A stretch of 62,786 nt of DNA, the filler included, from Rhabdomonas costata (taxonomy: Eukaryota), in assembly GCA_019059605.1 (NCBI GenBank). It is 38 parts of 38 records of this genome, joined end to end, with 100 filler letters (N's around TTAATTAATTAA, not from the genome) between each part and the next. Parts side by side here need not be neighbours in the genome. Positions count along the whole stretch, not along the records: positions 11,593 to 13,148 come from JAHMHO010013134.1; positions 13,249 to 14,804 come from JAHMHO010013135.1; positions 14,905 to 16,460 come from JAHMHO010013136.1; positions 16,561 to 18,116 come from JAHMHO010013137.1; positions 18,217 to 19,774 come from JAHMHO010013138.1; positions 19,875 to 21,430 come from JAHMHO010013139.1; positions 21,531 to 23,086 come from JAHMHO010013140.1; positions 23,187 to 24,741 come from JAHMHO010013141.1; 30 more parts are not named here. One strand, written 5' to 3'. Positions 12,019 to 24,841 of the stretch are shown here, one piece after another; position 1 is the first letter of the stretch; each line of letters begins with the position of its first letter. The position numbers and the translations under genes are program-made. The notes beneath the pieces are model-generated. The model saw nothing but the letters and a program-made list of their open reading frames with translations. It was not told the origin of the DNA and made no database searches.

Positions 12019-13094
12019 CTGCAGGCTGTCGTGGTGGTTAGGGAAGGTCTCCACCAGACAGCACAGCTCGTAGCTCTCAAGGCTCTGCTCCAGGCAGGGG
12101 TTACCCCCCCGCACGTCCTTGTCCCTCCAGTCGGGCTTCTGCCTCATTCTTGAGAAGGCCTACCGCAGGTAAGGGCAAAACCAGGCAACTAAACCACTCA
12201 TCCCGACAAGTTGAGCGCACCGTGATGGATATTCCCACACCTTGCAAAGTCGCCATGGCTGTGCCGGTGAATGTTTGCATTAATAGAGGGGAGTTTCTCC
12301 TCACACTAAAGTTCTAGAAAAAGGGGGAAGCCCCATCTTTTGTGGTTGGACTCGCGTAACGTTATCGCATTCACTGAGTCTTAAGTCGAGCAGCATAATG
12401 CCCTGAACCGAAGACACTATTCAGGATAACGTCAAACGGAGATACTATTCAGCGTGAGAAAGAAACAAAGGAGATACTCGCGAACCCGGAGAACCTGGTT
12501 GCTGCATATGGGATTAGGACGCAAATGTTTTTGGGTAGTAAGTGATGCGTATTCTAGGAGGCTCGGAATTGCAAGATTCAAGATTTTTTCCGTCCTAAAT
12601 AGCCGTCCGAAGCATTTTTTTTGGGGGGGGGGGGGATTTAACGCTGTTAAACGGTGAGTCACCAGACCGAAAATTGGGGTTCCTTTCCCGGCTTTTCCTG
12701 ATGTGTTACAGGATAACTTTGGTGACTTTGGGAAGCACAATGAACAGTCGGTTCCAGAGAGATTGTAGATCCGCGGCGCGGCCGATTGAGATGAGCATAT
12801 TGTCTGGGGAAGTGGGGGAGTTTTTGTGGCAGCATTCCAGACCATTGCACGAAGAATTGGAAAAATCATATGAAAACTACGGAAGCAGAGAGAATGAGAG
12901 AGAAGCCAGGAGCCGAACAAGATACAAAACACTTCAATCTTGCCTCGTCCTTCACGATGACAAATACGCAAGACCTGCATGTTGTTCAGCCAGGCAAACC
13001 CAGGCTCCCCGTTGACACGCACGCGCTCGCTGGCACTGGTGTAGTCCATCCCCACCTCTGCGAAGACGCTGTTGTTCGAGGTCCACCCAAACTC
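12019..13094 (-). CDS. nrdJ: Class II (adenosylcobalamin-dependent, monomeric-type) ribonucleotide reductase, exons 13094-12975 and 12159-12019
   Basis: WTSNNSVFAEVGMDY...NGEPGFAWLNNMQ | AFSRM...GGNPCLEQSLESYELCCLVETFP contains the NPCxEQ finger loop and SNNS/NGEPG motifs; phase-0 GT-AG intron. Confidence 0.92.
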
Positions 13095-13440
13095 CTGCCC
13101 GCGCACAAGAAAGGGAAAGACAGCCGGCACCATTCCACCAAAACCAACNNNNNNNNNNNNNNNNNNNNNNNNNNNNNNNNNNNNNNNNNNNNTTAATTAA
13201 TTAANNNNNNNNNNNNNNNNNNNNNNNNNNNNNNNNNNNNNNNNNNNNGGGTTTTTGAAGTTAAACGGCAATAATTGTCCAGCCAGGCAGGGTTTGCACG
13301 TTATCGTATTCCGTGCGGCAGACCGCGAGAGAGATCCAAAGTCCTGCGCAGTGTTACGCTGTTCGCTCTGCTGTTGCGGGAGTATGCGCCTTGATGGATC
13401 TTTTTCCGGACAGTTTCTGTTGTACGTCATTTCTTTGTAG

Positions 13441-14425
13441 GGCTGAGCTCCCTGTCCATGGACCGGCTGTGGATTGGCTGGCCTGGGATGACGGCAGACA
13501 ATCCAGAGGAGCAGATCGCGGTATTTAAATGGGACGCCACACCTTACCACTTCTGCTGATTGATCACATCGTTTGTGATCAATTGTTCAGTTTTCGAGAG
13601 ACTACATCGGTTTGCTGCAGACCACTGTAATGGTTGGTTGCAATACGTTCGGCTATTTGCATCCACGTTGCGTCAAGTGCGCCGATCTTACTTCACCGTG
13701 TGCCCACAAAAAGATGGTCGGCCTCAGAACTGCTCATCCAGTGTCTTTTTTGGTCATTTTGAAATGGTAAGGCGGGGGCGTGCACAGACCACCCACCAGC
13801 TCGCGCTGCAGAGAATGGCGCCCGTCTTCCTAACCGAGAAGGACGTGTCGCAGTTCTACGACGGCTTCAGCAACAAGACGATCTGGCCCCACTTCCACTA
13901 CTTCACCCAGTACACCGCATACAACGATGAGTTTTGGGACAGCTACTCAAACGTCAACCGGCTCTTCGCCGAAGTTATTGCGGATGAGGTGCAGCCAACG
14001 GTATGGGCCCTTTCGCTATTTTGCTGTGGTCTGGGTGGCTCCTTCTCTCGGAGCCCTACTTGATATGCGGTTCTACTTGATATTTACTTGCTGTTCTTTT
14101 CATGATGCTTTCGTTTCAGATCAACTCACCCTTGCATTCAAATCCGATTACTCCATCCGATCCAATTAACACGCGATCCGGCTTTGTCCTGTCCCTCGAT
14201 TACTCGACGCCCCACTTGTTGCACGGCGGGGTATGAGGGGATAACCTTGTGTTGGGTGGCTCAGGACATTGTGTGGGTCCACGACTACCAGCTCATGCTG
14301 GTGCCTGGACTCCTCCGGGCGACTTTTCCGACCTTATCAGTGGGGTTCTTCCTACACATCCCTTTCCCCAGCTACGAAGTGTTCCGCACGCTGCCATGGA
14401 GGCTTCCCATCCTGCAGGGTCTGCT
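13441..14425 (+). CDS. TPS: Trehalose-6-phosphate synthase (GT20), exons 13441-13520, 13788-14000, 14265-~14425
   Basis: [53 protein letters not shown]; phase-0 GT-AG introns. Confidence 0.93.
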
Positions 14426-17103
14426 GTACCTCGCCCACCCACTTACCCTGTCCGCGGCGAAATGCTTCTCTTTTCCCTTTGTCCTAATTCTGCACCATTA
14501 CTTCTAAAGAACCCCATCGTCCAACTTTTCGCTTGTTGCCTTCCTCTCTTCCCCCTTCGTTGTGCCGCTCACTCGCTTCCTCCTACTGGTTGCTTCCCTC
14601 TGCTGGTTCCGTGCGTTTCCCTTCACCCCCCTCCCCATGCCCTCTTTGAGCACACCCTCTCCCTCGTATAAGTTACTTTGTCTCGATGGCGTTTTTGGTA
14701 CACTCGCAGATCACATTTCATTTTGCTTTCCACTGCGAAACTCTGCCCCCAGGACGTTGCCATTTTAGTTCTCATATGACATTTTCAATAATGGCACCCC
14801 CCACNNNNNNNNNNNNNNNNNNNNNNNNNNNNNNNNNNNNNNNNNNNNTTAATTAATTAANNNNNNNNNNNNNNNNNNNNNNNNNNNNNNNNNNNNNNNN
14901 NNNNTTGTTTGGTTTGCTTGTCTTGGCGCGCGCTTGTGTGTGGAAACTCGAAAATACAGACACACATACTTCAGAAAGGAGTCGTATTGAGAGCAGGCGG
15001 TTACCCCCTCCCCCAACTGCAATGGGGTCGAAGTAACCGCCCGTTAATCGTCTTCTTCTATCCTCTTCTTGGTGACAACCCACCTGCACTCTGCTGCAAG
15101 CAGCGTAGTGGTAGTGACAGCCGTGCTTAGCAGTGTGCTGGGCGTGGTGCCTGGCAGCTTCTGCTTCCCAACCGAGGTGGGGTTCTCCCTCTTCTTTTCC
15201 TCCTCCCCTTTTCCTCCTTTGATCCGGATTCCGGGAATAACTGCAAAAAAAAAATCTACGTTCGAAAAAATTAAAACGTACCAAAAGGAATAAAAAGGAA
15301 TAGTATGTACCCAGCATGGGAAACAAGAAGACAGCAGAGTATTTTTGGTTGCACCCCCGTGGCACTCCTGTGACCAGGGCTTGGGAGGTGAGTACCCTGA
15401 CAGCGAAGCATTTGCCCGCACGCCCCACGTGCACATGTAGTTCACCAGTACAGCTGGCAGAATACAAGTCATCGTCCCATGGAGACATGCCTCCGCACCT
15501 TCCCCCGCAATCAACTCCACCACCACCACCACCAAAAAAGGTCACCCTGAGGTACCTCACGGCGGAGGGGCCTTCCTCGACCCGCCGCAGCGCCACCACG
15601 CCCGGTGACCTCAGGCTGCGACGGTTATCCAGCACCTCCTCCGTCTTGGGAGCCCAGTGCTGCCGCTACTGCCGATCGGCAGCACGACCTCCATCCCCTA
15701 ATTTCCCTCGCCAGTGTCGAATCCCCTCGTACCTGGGTGAGACGTTGTGGAGAAAGATGTGTCATCGATCGATGTGTGGAGAAAGTTGGAGATGTGGGAC
15801 GTTGTCAGTTTTTATAACTGAACTCCTTCTTATTAAATCCAGTACCCCCCCCCCTCTTTCCTCCTCCGCTCTCTTGTGTGCTCCCTCTCTAACTCTTTCT
15901 ACCTTGCGGGGAGTGGTGGCACATCCCCACCTGTCTCTATGCATTGCCTCTTGCCGTATACAAGCTTCCTCCTATTCGACCGACGTTGTGAAGAGGGGGC
16001 TGCGTCTTTATTTCGTTCAGCGGCGGAATCGGCTTCAAGAGAAAGCACCTTCGTGGCTCATTTGTTTTGTTGCAAATCACTTTGACCGAAAAACTCAGTC
16101 CCGTCAGGCAGATTTTAGCGCTTCGTTTCCGAGCGTATCGGCGAGAGACATTGGAAATGTTTTTAATCAGTATTGAATGGCATTTCTTCCATTCGAGGTG
16201 GTTAAACATTCCCAATTCCACGCTTTCAAATCCCGACGCGCTGAACGCTCCCTTTGACCGATCGACTTGTGCACAACGACTTGGGAACCCCTAAAGAATC
16301 GGTCTTATCGATGCACGATTTAGTGTTGGGGTCCCGTGAGGACCATGAGAGTCCACGGGATGCGAATAAACAAAATGTGCTGGACCTTGTGGACACTAAA
16401 ACCAAAAGAGCTGTGTTTCTAGAAAAGGTAAGTTTTCTCCCCTTCCTCACCCACACCACCNNNNNNNNNNNNNNNNNNNNNNNNNNNNNNNNNNNNNNNN
16501 NNNNTTAATTAATTAANNNNNNNNNNNNNNNNNNNNNNNNNNNNNNNNNNNNNNNNNNNNGGGTTGGGGGGTTGGGGGGTGGAGAGGTTTTTTGATCCAA
16601 TTGTGATACGAAGGGCAGATAAAAAGGGATGTGGATGGATAATTACGGGCAGTCTTCACCTGTTGTCTGCGTCACTTCAAAAAGTTCACTCGAATCCAAA
16701 GCAGGCATTTTCAGAATTGGAAGCTAATAAGAGGTTGTGAAAAAACTGGATTATTTCTGGTGGTGTTTTTGTTTCTTTTTGGCTTGTTCCTTGTGCGTCT
16801 CTCCCTACCCTTTGCTTATTGTGATGAAGAGGGCCATTTTATTTTGAAACTATGCTGATTGTCATTACTTTTGGCACAAATTGTCATAATTTGCACTGAG
16901 TTGCCTAAATTTTCGGCATTGTGCGGTAAGGGTGTGGCTTGGAGTTCTTTCGAAGGAATCCGAGAGTTAGCTCCACCAGTGAGCGAGCACCAGACAGCTA
17001 GCGTTGCATGCGAGGGACAATTTTCGTCCATTTTATAGCAATGCCTTTTGCTTGCTTGTTTCTTTCAGCTGGCACAGTAACCCACATTTGCTTTTTTTCT
17101 CAG

Positions 17104-17455
17104 ATGGGAGGTGGAGATGGGGTCACCTGCTTGGCCCGCTTCCGCACTCTGAGCATTAACGTGAGGGATAATGACGGGCGAACTTATGGGCAATCTGAGG
17201 AATCCTCTCCGATTACCATGCTCTTATTCATGAAGCCCGCCTCAGCATGCCCGGGTGGGTCAAGCACAAAAAAGTAAAGCGTACGTGGGGGCGCGGGATT
17301 CCCATAGGGGTTCCTGAACGCGATGAAGCTGCTGGCTATCTTCGAAGGCGTCCCCGAGGTGGAGGTGGAGATCCTGCAGACAATGCATCGATTCCTTGTG
17401 GACCCCGACGATGGCCTGAACTCGGCGGTGGCTACAGAGCTGGCGGATGCTGGAG
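17104..17455 (+). CDS. Hypothetical helical protein, exons 17104-17160 and 17308-17455
   Basis: Two AG/GT-bounded exons join in phase: MGGGDGVTCLARFRTLSIN|GFLNAMKLLAIFEGVPEVEVEILQTMHRFLVDPDDGLNSAVATELADAG. Confidence 0.5.
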
Positions 17456-17760
17456 GTGTGTGAGAGGGGGGCCAGTCTCGTTCATCCGCTTTCTCCTTCA
17501 TTTCCGGATCTGTGGGGGGTTGCTGCGAAGGTTGCTTTTTGGCTGGTTCGCTACAGTTGTTCCACATGAAAAGAATCGAGGTTGCCCCTGCAACGGGGCC
17601 TTTCGTCTCACAAATCGTGCGTTTATTTACCTGAGCTCGGTGGTTCACTTCTGGTTGCCGTGACAGCGCAGAGAAACCAGTATTTTCGAATGTGGTTTGC
17701 GTGTGTGTGCTTATCATCTTGAATAATCCACTATGTTAGCAGCTGTATGTGTGTGCGTGT

Positions 17761-17786
17761 GCGTGCGTGCGTGCGTGCGTGCGTGC
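17761..17786. repeat. (GCGT)n microsatellite
   Basis: About six GCGT units read directly. Confidence 0.9.
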
Positions 17787-19615
17787 TTTCCTGGTGATCA
17801 AGTGTCGCGACGGAACAAGACTCCGGTCAATTATGCGCGCGGAGCGGGGGGGGGGGGGGGGGGGGGCAGAGTTGCCTTCACCATCACGCCTGAACGAGAC
17901 CAAGGTGTAAAACCGTAAATATGGATTCGAGCGGATTTCGGTGCCTGACAGTATCCGTATCTGTGGTTACCCTTTACACCCAACTCACTGTTTGCTGTGC
18001 AGTGTGTCACTACGGCTGCCGCGCCTGCATTCCGACATTCAGGATGCAGGTCCCCAGAAGAAGCCTTTTCAGCCCGTCCTGCCCATCATGTTGGTTTCTA
18101 TGTGTTTGTCTCTTTCNNNNNNNNNNNNNNNNNNNNNNNNNNNNNNNNNNNNNNNNNNNNTTAATTAATTAANNNNNNNNNNNNNNNNNNNNNNNNNNNN
18201 NNNNNNNNNNNNNNNNGTGGTTTTGGAAAGTATCCGGCTCCATGTTGCCGTTTTGATCGCGCGTAATCTCGTTTGTTCGTTTGGGATTACTTTGATATTT
18301 GGAGTGCCCGCGTTGGTTAGTGACTTTTGGTGAGGTTTGTTATTGTTACTGTTAATGTTAGTAATCAAGACGAAGAAAACGAGCGATTTAACTTGGCTAC
18401 AGATTCCATGAGAAAGTGTACTTTAAAAGGCGACAAGCTTCGAAAGTGAAAAAGCGTTAATTAATTAATGGGTAGATGGCAGTCGTGCAAAAATGCGTAA
18501 AAGCGACAGGAGAATAATTATTAAAGTTTTAATTACGCGTGGTCTATCGTAGAAGAGCCGGAAGAGCGCACCGGGGCAAGCCAACCGTGCGGTGAGGATC
18601 GAGAGAAGACCTTTGGAATCTAGACGCCGAATGTTCTTAAAGATGGACTTTTTGATGTGGAATCAGTTTAGGAAATGCCGTCAAAGTGGAGCCGGATACT
18701 TTTCAAAACTAGCCGTATTTTTCAAAGTTAATTTTTCAAATGGAAAATATAACTGGAACCAACACGGTTGGAAGTAAAGTTATTTGAGATGTAGCAAAGC
18801 AGGAAACTGGAAAAAGATTTGACGCCGGACATCAACTTCTATGCGCGAGGGTATAAGATTTTTGAAATAACGGGGTAACTTACAAGTGAGCTGCTCTAAT
18901 GGGTCCCGAGTGTGCGTGAGTATCCCAATGGGATTACAACTACTCTGAATAAGGGGGAACACTCCACTTGGTTTGCCGCAATTGCAACCAACAAAATCAC
19001 CACTTTACCCGAGCGGCCAATATTCCCTCATTTCACCTGTTTGGAAACCATTTTCGACGCCAAAAAGCACCATTTTTAATTCTTTTTGCCCCACAAATCT
19101 GTTTCAAAAGCCTCAAAAAACACGCAAATCCGCATGAAAACGCGTTTTTCGGAATCCACGACCTCAGTATCGTCATGTTGGGTCGTATTCCGGCTGGTCG
19201 ATTTTTTTTCAGCCGTACACCTCATTTTCGACCATCATCTGGTACCACCCAATCAAGCCTCAAAAAGGTTCCACGTTTGTCCCAAAATCGGCGTTTTTAG
19301 CTTCAAAATGGGGTTTTTATTTTCAGCGACCCCCAAAATTGGGTGGGACGTCGCCTTTTCCTGGATGGAATCGAAGAATATTCGTCCTGTAGTCCAAAAT
19401 TGCGACCTGGAGCGTTTCTTTTTAGAAAAATGAGGCGATGTCAGAATGAAAAGTTTCAGGTATTAGGTTCAAAAAATTTGGATCGTCGAATCTTTGTCAT
19501 GGACATTTTCCATCGATTAGCCCATCCCAAAAAACCTGGGGCTACTGGAGGCCCTATGGAGACCTCAAAAAGCCGACTACTTAGCGCAAAACAAAGCCCA
19601 CACACAGATAGAGAC

Positions 19616-19641
19616 ATACGTACATACATACATACATACAT

Positions 19642-19720
<79 letters not shown>
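19616..19720. repeat. Compound (CATA)n(CAGA)n microsatellite
   Basis: CATA run followed by about 19 CAGA units read directly. Confidence 0.95.
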
Positions 19721-20812
19721 GGGAACTCTTTCTATCCTCCACACTCTTGTTTACTGTGGACGCGCACTTGCAACNNNNNNNNNNNNNNNNNNNNNNNNNN
19801 NNNNNNNNNNNNNNNNNNTTAATTAATTAANNNNNNNNNNNNNNNNNNNNNNNNNNNNNNNNNNNNNNNNNNNNGTGTTGGCTTCGCATACATGCATTCA
19901 TAGTCTCGTGTTGTTTGTTTGTGGAGTTCAGCGCTCGAAGCGTTAACTCGAAACCCATGACCCGCCCTCTTCTCACACGAGCCACAACACAAACACACCC
20001 AAGGGCTCCACTCGGCCTCAAAGCGGACCGGTGCCGAAGCGCCAGCCTGTTCTGCGAGTGGTGAACCTGTCGCCCCCCGCGGTGAAGGTGTCTGGCAAAG
20101 CAGTCCCACGGCACAGCTCAGCGCTGGCTCCTCAGCTGCAGCGACCAAAGTCGGCGTGCAAATAAAGCCAGTCGGGCGCTCAGGGTCGACATTGGCTCTG
20201 TCTGCGCTTGTAATAGGGAAGACTGTGTTGGTCAACACATTGCTTCTCTACATTTGTTGTACACTAGATACGTTGTGTCCTGACTGTTCGAATTTCGAGA
20301 AACGGAAACGACGGGCCACTGGTAGATGCACGGGAAAGTTGAATTTCGGGATGTCGTGTCTACACCCGACTGAGGTGACAAGAAAAAATGCACTTTGCGT
20401 TTCCAACGTTCGACCACCAAATGCCCTCAAAACAATCGAAATCCAGCATCCCTCTGTGACCCCCCCACACACACAGAGTCCCGCAAATTGTTTATCTAAT
20501 GCGAATCCCTAGATGCTTGGTGGGAGTACCTGTCCAACTACCAGTCCAGTGGTGGGGAGCCCTTGGATGTGGCATCGGCGAGTCCGGTGGGGCCTTCCGC
20601 TGTGCTCGTGGGTACCCCCGAACCCGTGCAACCACACATTGAATCTCGTGTTTATTCTCCATAGGCGTTTCGGATATCCTGTTCTCTTGATTTCTGGGTC
20701 TCCTCTTCTTTCGAGCTGACAGGAAGAGCGGTCGCTGTGACCATCACATTGGTACCGTGGGGTCTTTGCAACCTCTGCCAGAGGTGCAAAAGACTTGTTC
20801 CACGGAAGCGCG

Positions 20813-21020
20813 ATGTCCGCGGACTGCAGTCCCGCCGATGACCCTGTGGTGGCGCAGTTCATGGAGGAGGCCTTCAAGGAGGCCGAAGCGGCGCTGCGCC
20901 AGGACGCGGAGGTTCCTGTGGGCTGTGTTGTGGTGCACCGCGGCACGATCATTGCCAGGGGAAGGAACCGCACCAACGTCCGCTGCGACGCCACCCGGCA
21001 CGCAGAGCTGGAGGCCATTG
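20813..21020 (+). CDS. ADAT2: tRNA-specific adenosine deaminase 2 (Tad2/TadA family), first exon
   Basis: FMEEAFKEAEAAL...EVPVGCVVVHRGTIIARGRNRTN...DATRHAELEAI with the HAE zinc motif; GT donor at 21021. Confidence 0.88.
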
Positions 21021-21339
21021 GTGTGCTTTCCTGGGTTGCTGCAGCTTTCTCCAGTTCTTTTCGACTCCAGACGAATGAGACAATGTTGTTACCTTACTAA
21101 GCCACCGGATGCGCAGACTCACAGACGACGCCGACACCTTTCCGTCGTTGCCCCTTAATTTTCATCTTAAGGCTTTCTCCTGATTTGTCTTTTTGTGCCA
21201 GGCTTTATCAGTGATTTTTCACCAGTGAAACTGTCTCATTTTCGGTGAATTATTTGGTGATATGGCACATGTGTGTGGTTGGCCGTGCCTCAGCTGTCAT
21301 AATTAGAGATACGGGCTTGCTTTTCAGAAGTGAGGTGGA

Positions 21340-21424
21340 GTGGGCGATTGTATGCGTTTCGGTAGGCTCCACCCGGAATGTAGGAAATTGGGGGGAGCCT
21401 ACCGAAACGCATACAATCGCCCAC
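21340..21424. repeat. Perfect 31-bp inverted repeat with 23-nt spacer at contig end
   Basis: GTGGGCGATTGTATGCGTTTCGGTAGGCTCC (21340-21370) is the exact reverse complement of 21394-21424. Confidence 0.92.
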
Positions 21425-23414
21425 CCAACCNNNNNNNNNNNNNNNNNNNNNNNNNNNNNNNNNNNNNNNNNNNNTTAATTAATTAANNNNNNNNNNNNNN
21501 NNNNNNNNNNNNNNNNNNNNNNNNNNNNNNGCACAGAGCACTTCAGGATTCAGGACTATACAGGTGCGCACACACACGCACACCAACAAAGACATACATG
21601 CACACCAAGAACAGAAATATCGAAGCGCTAAAATGCAACTGAGAAAGAAAGGGGGCATCGAAGGATACATCCCCGAGATACAACAAGAACGTGAACAAGC
21701 CCCAGGACTGGAAGAAGACGGGCCGAATCCAATCTTGACAAAAAGAGCAGCCACAGCCCACCCGAACCGAGGCACAGCATGATACAGCCACCGCCTCACA
21801 GCCGTACGCGGCGGTCTATTGGTTGAGGAGCAAGGCAGAAGACAAAAGGCAGGCCACGGGTAAGCCGAATGGCAGCCCTTGGCTCACCTCCGTGTTCTCT
21901 ATTCTTCTTTTTGATACAGAATAAGTACAAGTGCCACCACGCCACGGTGGCAGGAAAAGGAGATACACACAGGAAGCCACGAACGTGCGACTTATTTGGT
22001 GGTTGGCACGAAGGCAAAGCTGTGCAGTACTACCCAAACGAGGTCCGCACAAAAAAATGGAATGGACAAGCTGCGGCGGGCACCACTGCGGAACGGAGCT
22101 ACACCAACCCACATTCCTGACGCACAAGCATACAAAAGAAGAGAAAATGTGACGGAAGTGACAAGAACAACAAACCCATTTTCCTGGACCTTTCTTTGTG
22201 GGTTATATATATGCAAATAGGTTACGCTCGAACTGTAAAAGAAGACAGTGCGCAACGAATTCCGATGGGAGCTTTTTCACGGTTTCATCAGCGGGATTAT
22301 TCTGGTGTTAGAAATACTTGCTGTTCGTCATGCTGCGTGCTTGATATTTCCACGATACGTGTGTACGAGAATATCCGATGCTGATTTAAGGGCTGATTGT
22401 GGCTTCTGCTCTTACGTCGATATCATCGGTCTCGCAGGAGATCAGCCGACGATGCGAGGGTGCACACTTCTTGCGGGAGGGGGCAAACCCCCTAACCACC
22501 AGTTTACACAGCAGCGCATGCTAAACCATACCGCTTGGGAACCGCGTCATAGGCGCCATCTAGAGTCGCTGGACCGGTGGACTGGAAGAGAGGAGGGGAG
22601 TGCCTTTCATGCAGGGAAGAGAGAGTGTCGCAAACCTCGGACATCCCGTAGTGCAGGGCGTCCAGGAATTTGTTTTTCGAGTCCCGGTGCACCTCAATGT
22701 AGGTGGAATCAAAGCCTGGGAGGGTGGGAAAGGGGTGAAAGCGGCTTTGTGGTTCCCAGACTCGGCACGCGCAACAGCAGAACAACAAAATGCATTGAAA
22801 GGTATAACCGAAGAAGTACGGAAATGCGGCAGATGAAAATCGCATGAGTCCCCAATCAAAACGCACATTGGCAAAGCAGAAGTTCTTCAGATTGTGTGGC
22901 GGAAACGAGACACGCCACGGGCGCCGCACAACAAGGCACGGTCATCTGATTCCAGCCATATTTTGGAGCAAAAGGCTGCGGTCATACAAGTGCCCAATGT
23001 GGTGGGAGACCTGCAAACTCACACCACACCCACACACCTCGCACAAATGATCGGAGTTACCACTTCGGTTCTGCACACCACAAAACNNNNNNNNNNNNNN
23101 NNNNNNNNNNNNNNNNNNNNNNNNNNNNNNTTAATTAATTAANNNNNNNNNNNNNNNNNNNNNNNNNNNNNNNNNNNNNNNNNNNNGTTGGGGTTGGGAG
23201 TATCATTTGCACACAGGATGAACACGATTGAGGCAGCAACTGTGCCCCTTGTGCTTTCGCGCCATTGTTGCTGCCTCAATCGTGTTCATCCTGTGTGCAA
23301 ATGATACTCCCAATCCCCAGTCCAGCCGCTTGTGTTTTTCAAACGCTGCGCAACGCTTTGGATTGAAACGTGTTTTGATGGGCTCTTTGGTGGGCATCCA
23401 TTCATCTTCGACAG

Positions 23415-24731
23415 CTCAACGCAGTGATTGGGCTTGTCGATCTGCTTCGGCGGACCCCCCTGAACCTGATGCAGAAGGAATATGTGCTGCAAATCGGGAC
23501 CAGCGGGCGGCTCCTGCTGAACGTCGTCAACGCCATCCTGGACTACTCCAAGTTGGAGGCGGCCAAGATGACCCTGGAGAACTGTACATTCAACCTGAGG
23601 GCCACCGTGGACAGCGTAGTGGGGATGGTAAGTAGCAGCCTCAGCGCGCACGGGCCGGACCTTCTGGTGAACTTTCCGCACAGCTGCCCCTCCAGTGTGG
23701 TGGGGGACTCTGGCCGGCTCACTCAAGTGCTCACAAAGTACGTCACGTCATTTGCTGCATGCAGCTGCATGGAACAGACATCACAGCGACTGCTCAGAGA
23801 TACAAGTCAGAGTGATACGGTCGGCACTCTGAGCAGGCATCATCACTCGCAGTCGGAGTGATGGTTGACATCCAACGTGGCGTTCGGCACTTTTGTTTTC
23901 AGCTTTCAGAGAGCCATATTTCGATGGTGCCAAGATGGTCTGACACACAGCCCTCGCCTTGAAACCTGCCAGTCACCCTTATTCATGTGTCTGAAGACAA
24001 CTGCCCCATGCCATTGGAATCATTCATTGTGTACTCGATGATAAATGTTTGTTATCACAGCCTTTTGAGCAATGCTGCGAAGTTCTGCAGCAGCGGGCAG
24101 GTCACTGTTGATGTGCAGGCTCCCGACTTCGACCCTCGCTCTCCCCCGCACCGAGAAGCGAATGCTGACGCGACGATGCCCTTCAACCTGTCCAGTGCCG
24201 CGCTGCCCGGAACGGTGGCGGAGTTTTCCACTACTCGATGCTCACCTGCATCAGAGGAGCAGCTTCTGCGATGCAGCGGGGGTGCGCGCGGATCGTTTGT
24301 TTTCCGGGTTCGCGACACGGGCATTGGGATGACCGCCGAGCAGCTGCAGAGGCTCTTTCAGCCCTTCAGCCAGGCCGACATTTCCACCACCAGACGGTAC
24401 GGGGGCACTGGGCTCGGCCTGTGCATCTGCAGGCAGCTGGTCTCTTTGTGGGGTGGCCACATCGAGGTCACGAGTGGGGGCTTGGGGCAGGGCACGACCT
24501 TCACCTTCACCTACCCCATGTCCTACGCCCCGGACAGCATCCCAGCGCCTTGCCTCCATGGGGACATCGTCGTGCTCAATGCCCGTTCTACCCGGGACGT
24601 GTGCCTTCGGGAGCTCTTCTTGTGTTTCGGCCCCTCAGTAGTGATCGTGCGCTACCTGCGCGAACTTCACAACACCCTTGGCAGAGCTCGCTCCCCGGCG
24701 CTGCTGGCGATCTTCACGGAGGGGCCGAAAC
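23415..24731 (+). CDS. Sensor histidine kinase, probably hybrid-type (HisKA + HATPase_c), exons 23415-23737 and 24061 onward
   Basis: LNAVIGLVDLL, ILDYSKLEA, GDSGRLTQVLTN|LLSNAAKF (N box rebuilt by AA|C splice), DTGIG (G1), LFQPF (F), YGGTGLGL (G2). No receiver domain is visible before the contig ends. Confidence 0.93.
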
Positions 24732-24841
24732 ACAAAAACACNNNNNNNNNNNNNNNNNNNNNNNNNNNNNNNNNNNNNNNNNNNNTTAATTAATTAANNN
24801 NNNNNNNNNNNNNNNNNNNNNNNNNNNNNNNNNNNNNNNNN

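Noticed and set aside
14905..16460. ORFs of 160-286 aa on both strands
   Set aside because: Low-complexity or intron-like translations, no family motif, and exons could not be phased confidently.
16820..16860. Box C (GTGATGA) and box D (CTGA) like motifs suggesting a snoRNA
   Set aside because: Spacing is short, with no terminal stem or identifiable rRNA guide.
18457..18468. TTAATTAATTAA without flanking Ns
   Set aside because: Sits in an AT-rich context; most simply a chance natural occurrence and not a hidden junction.
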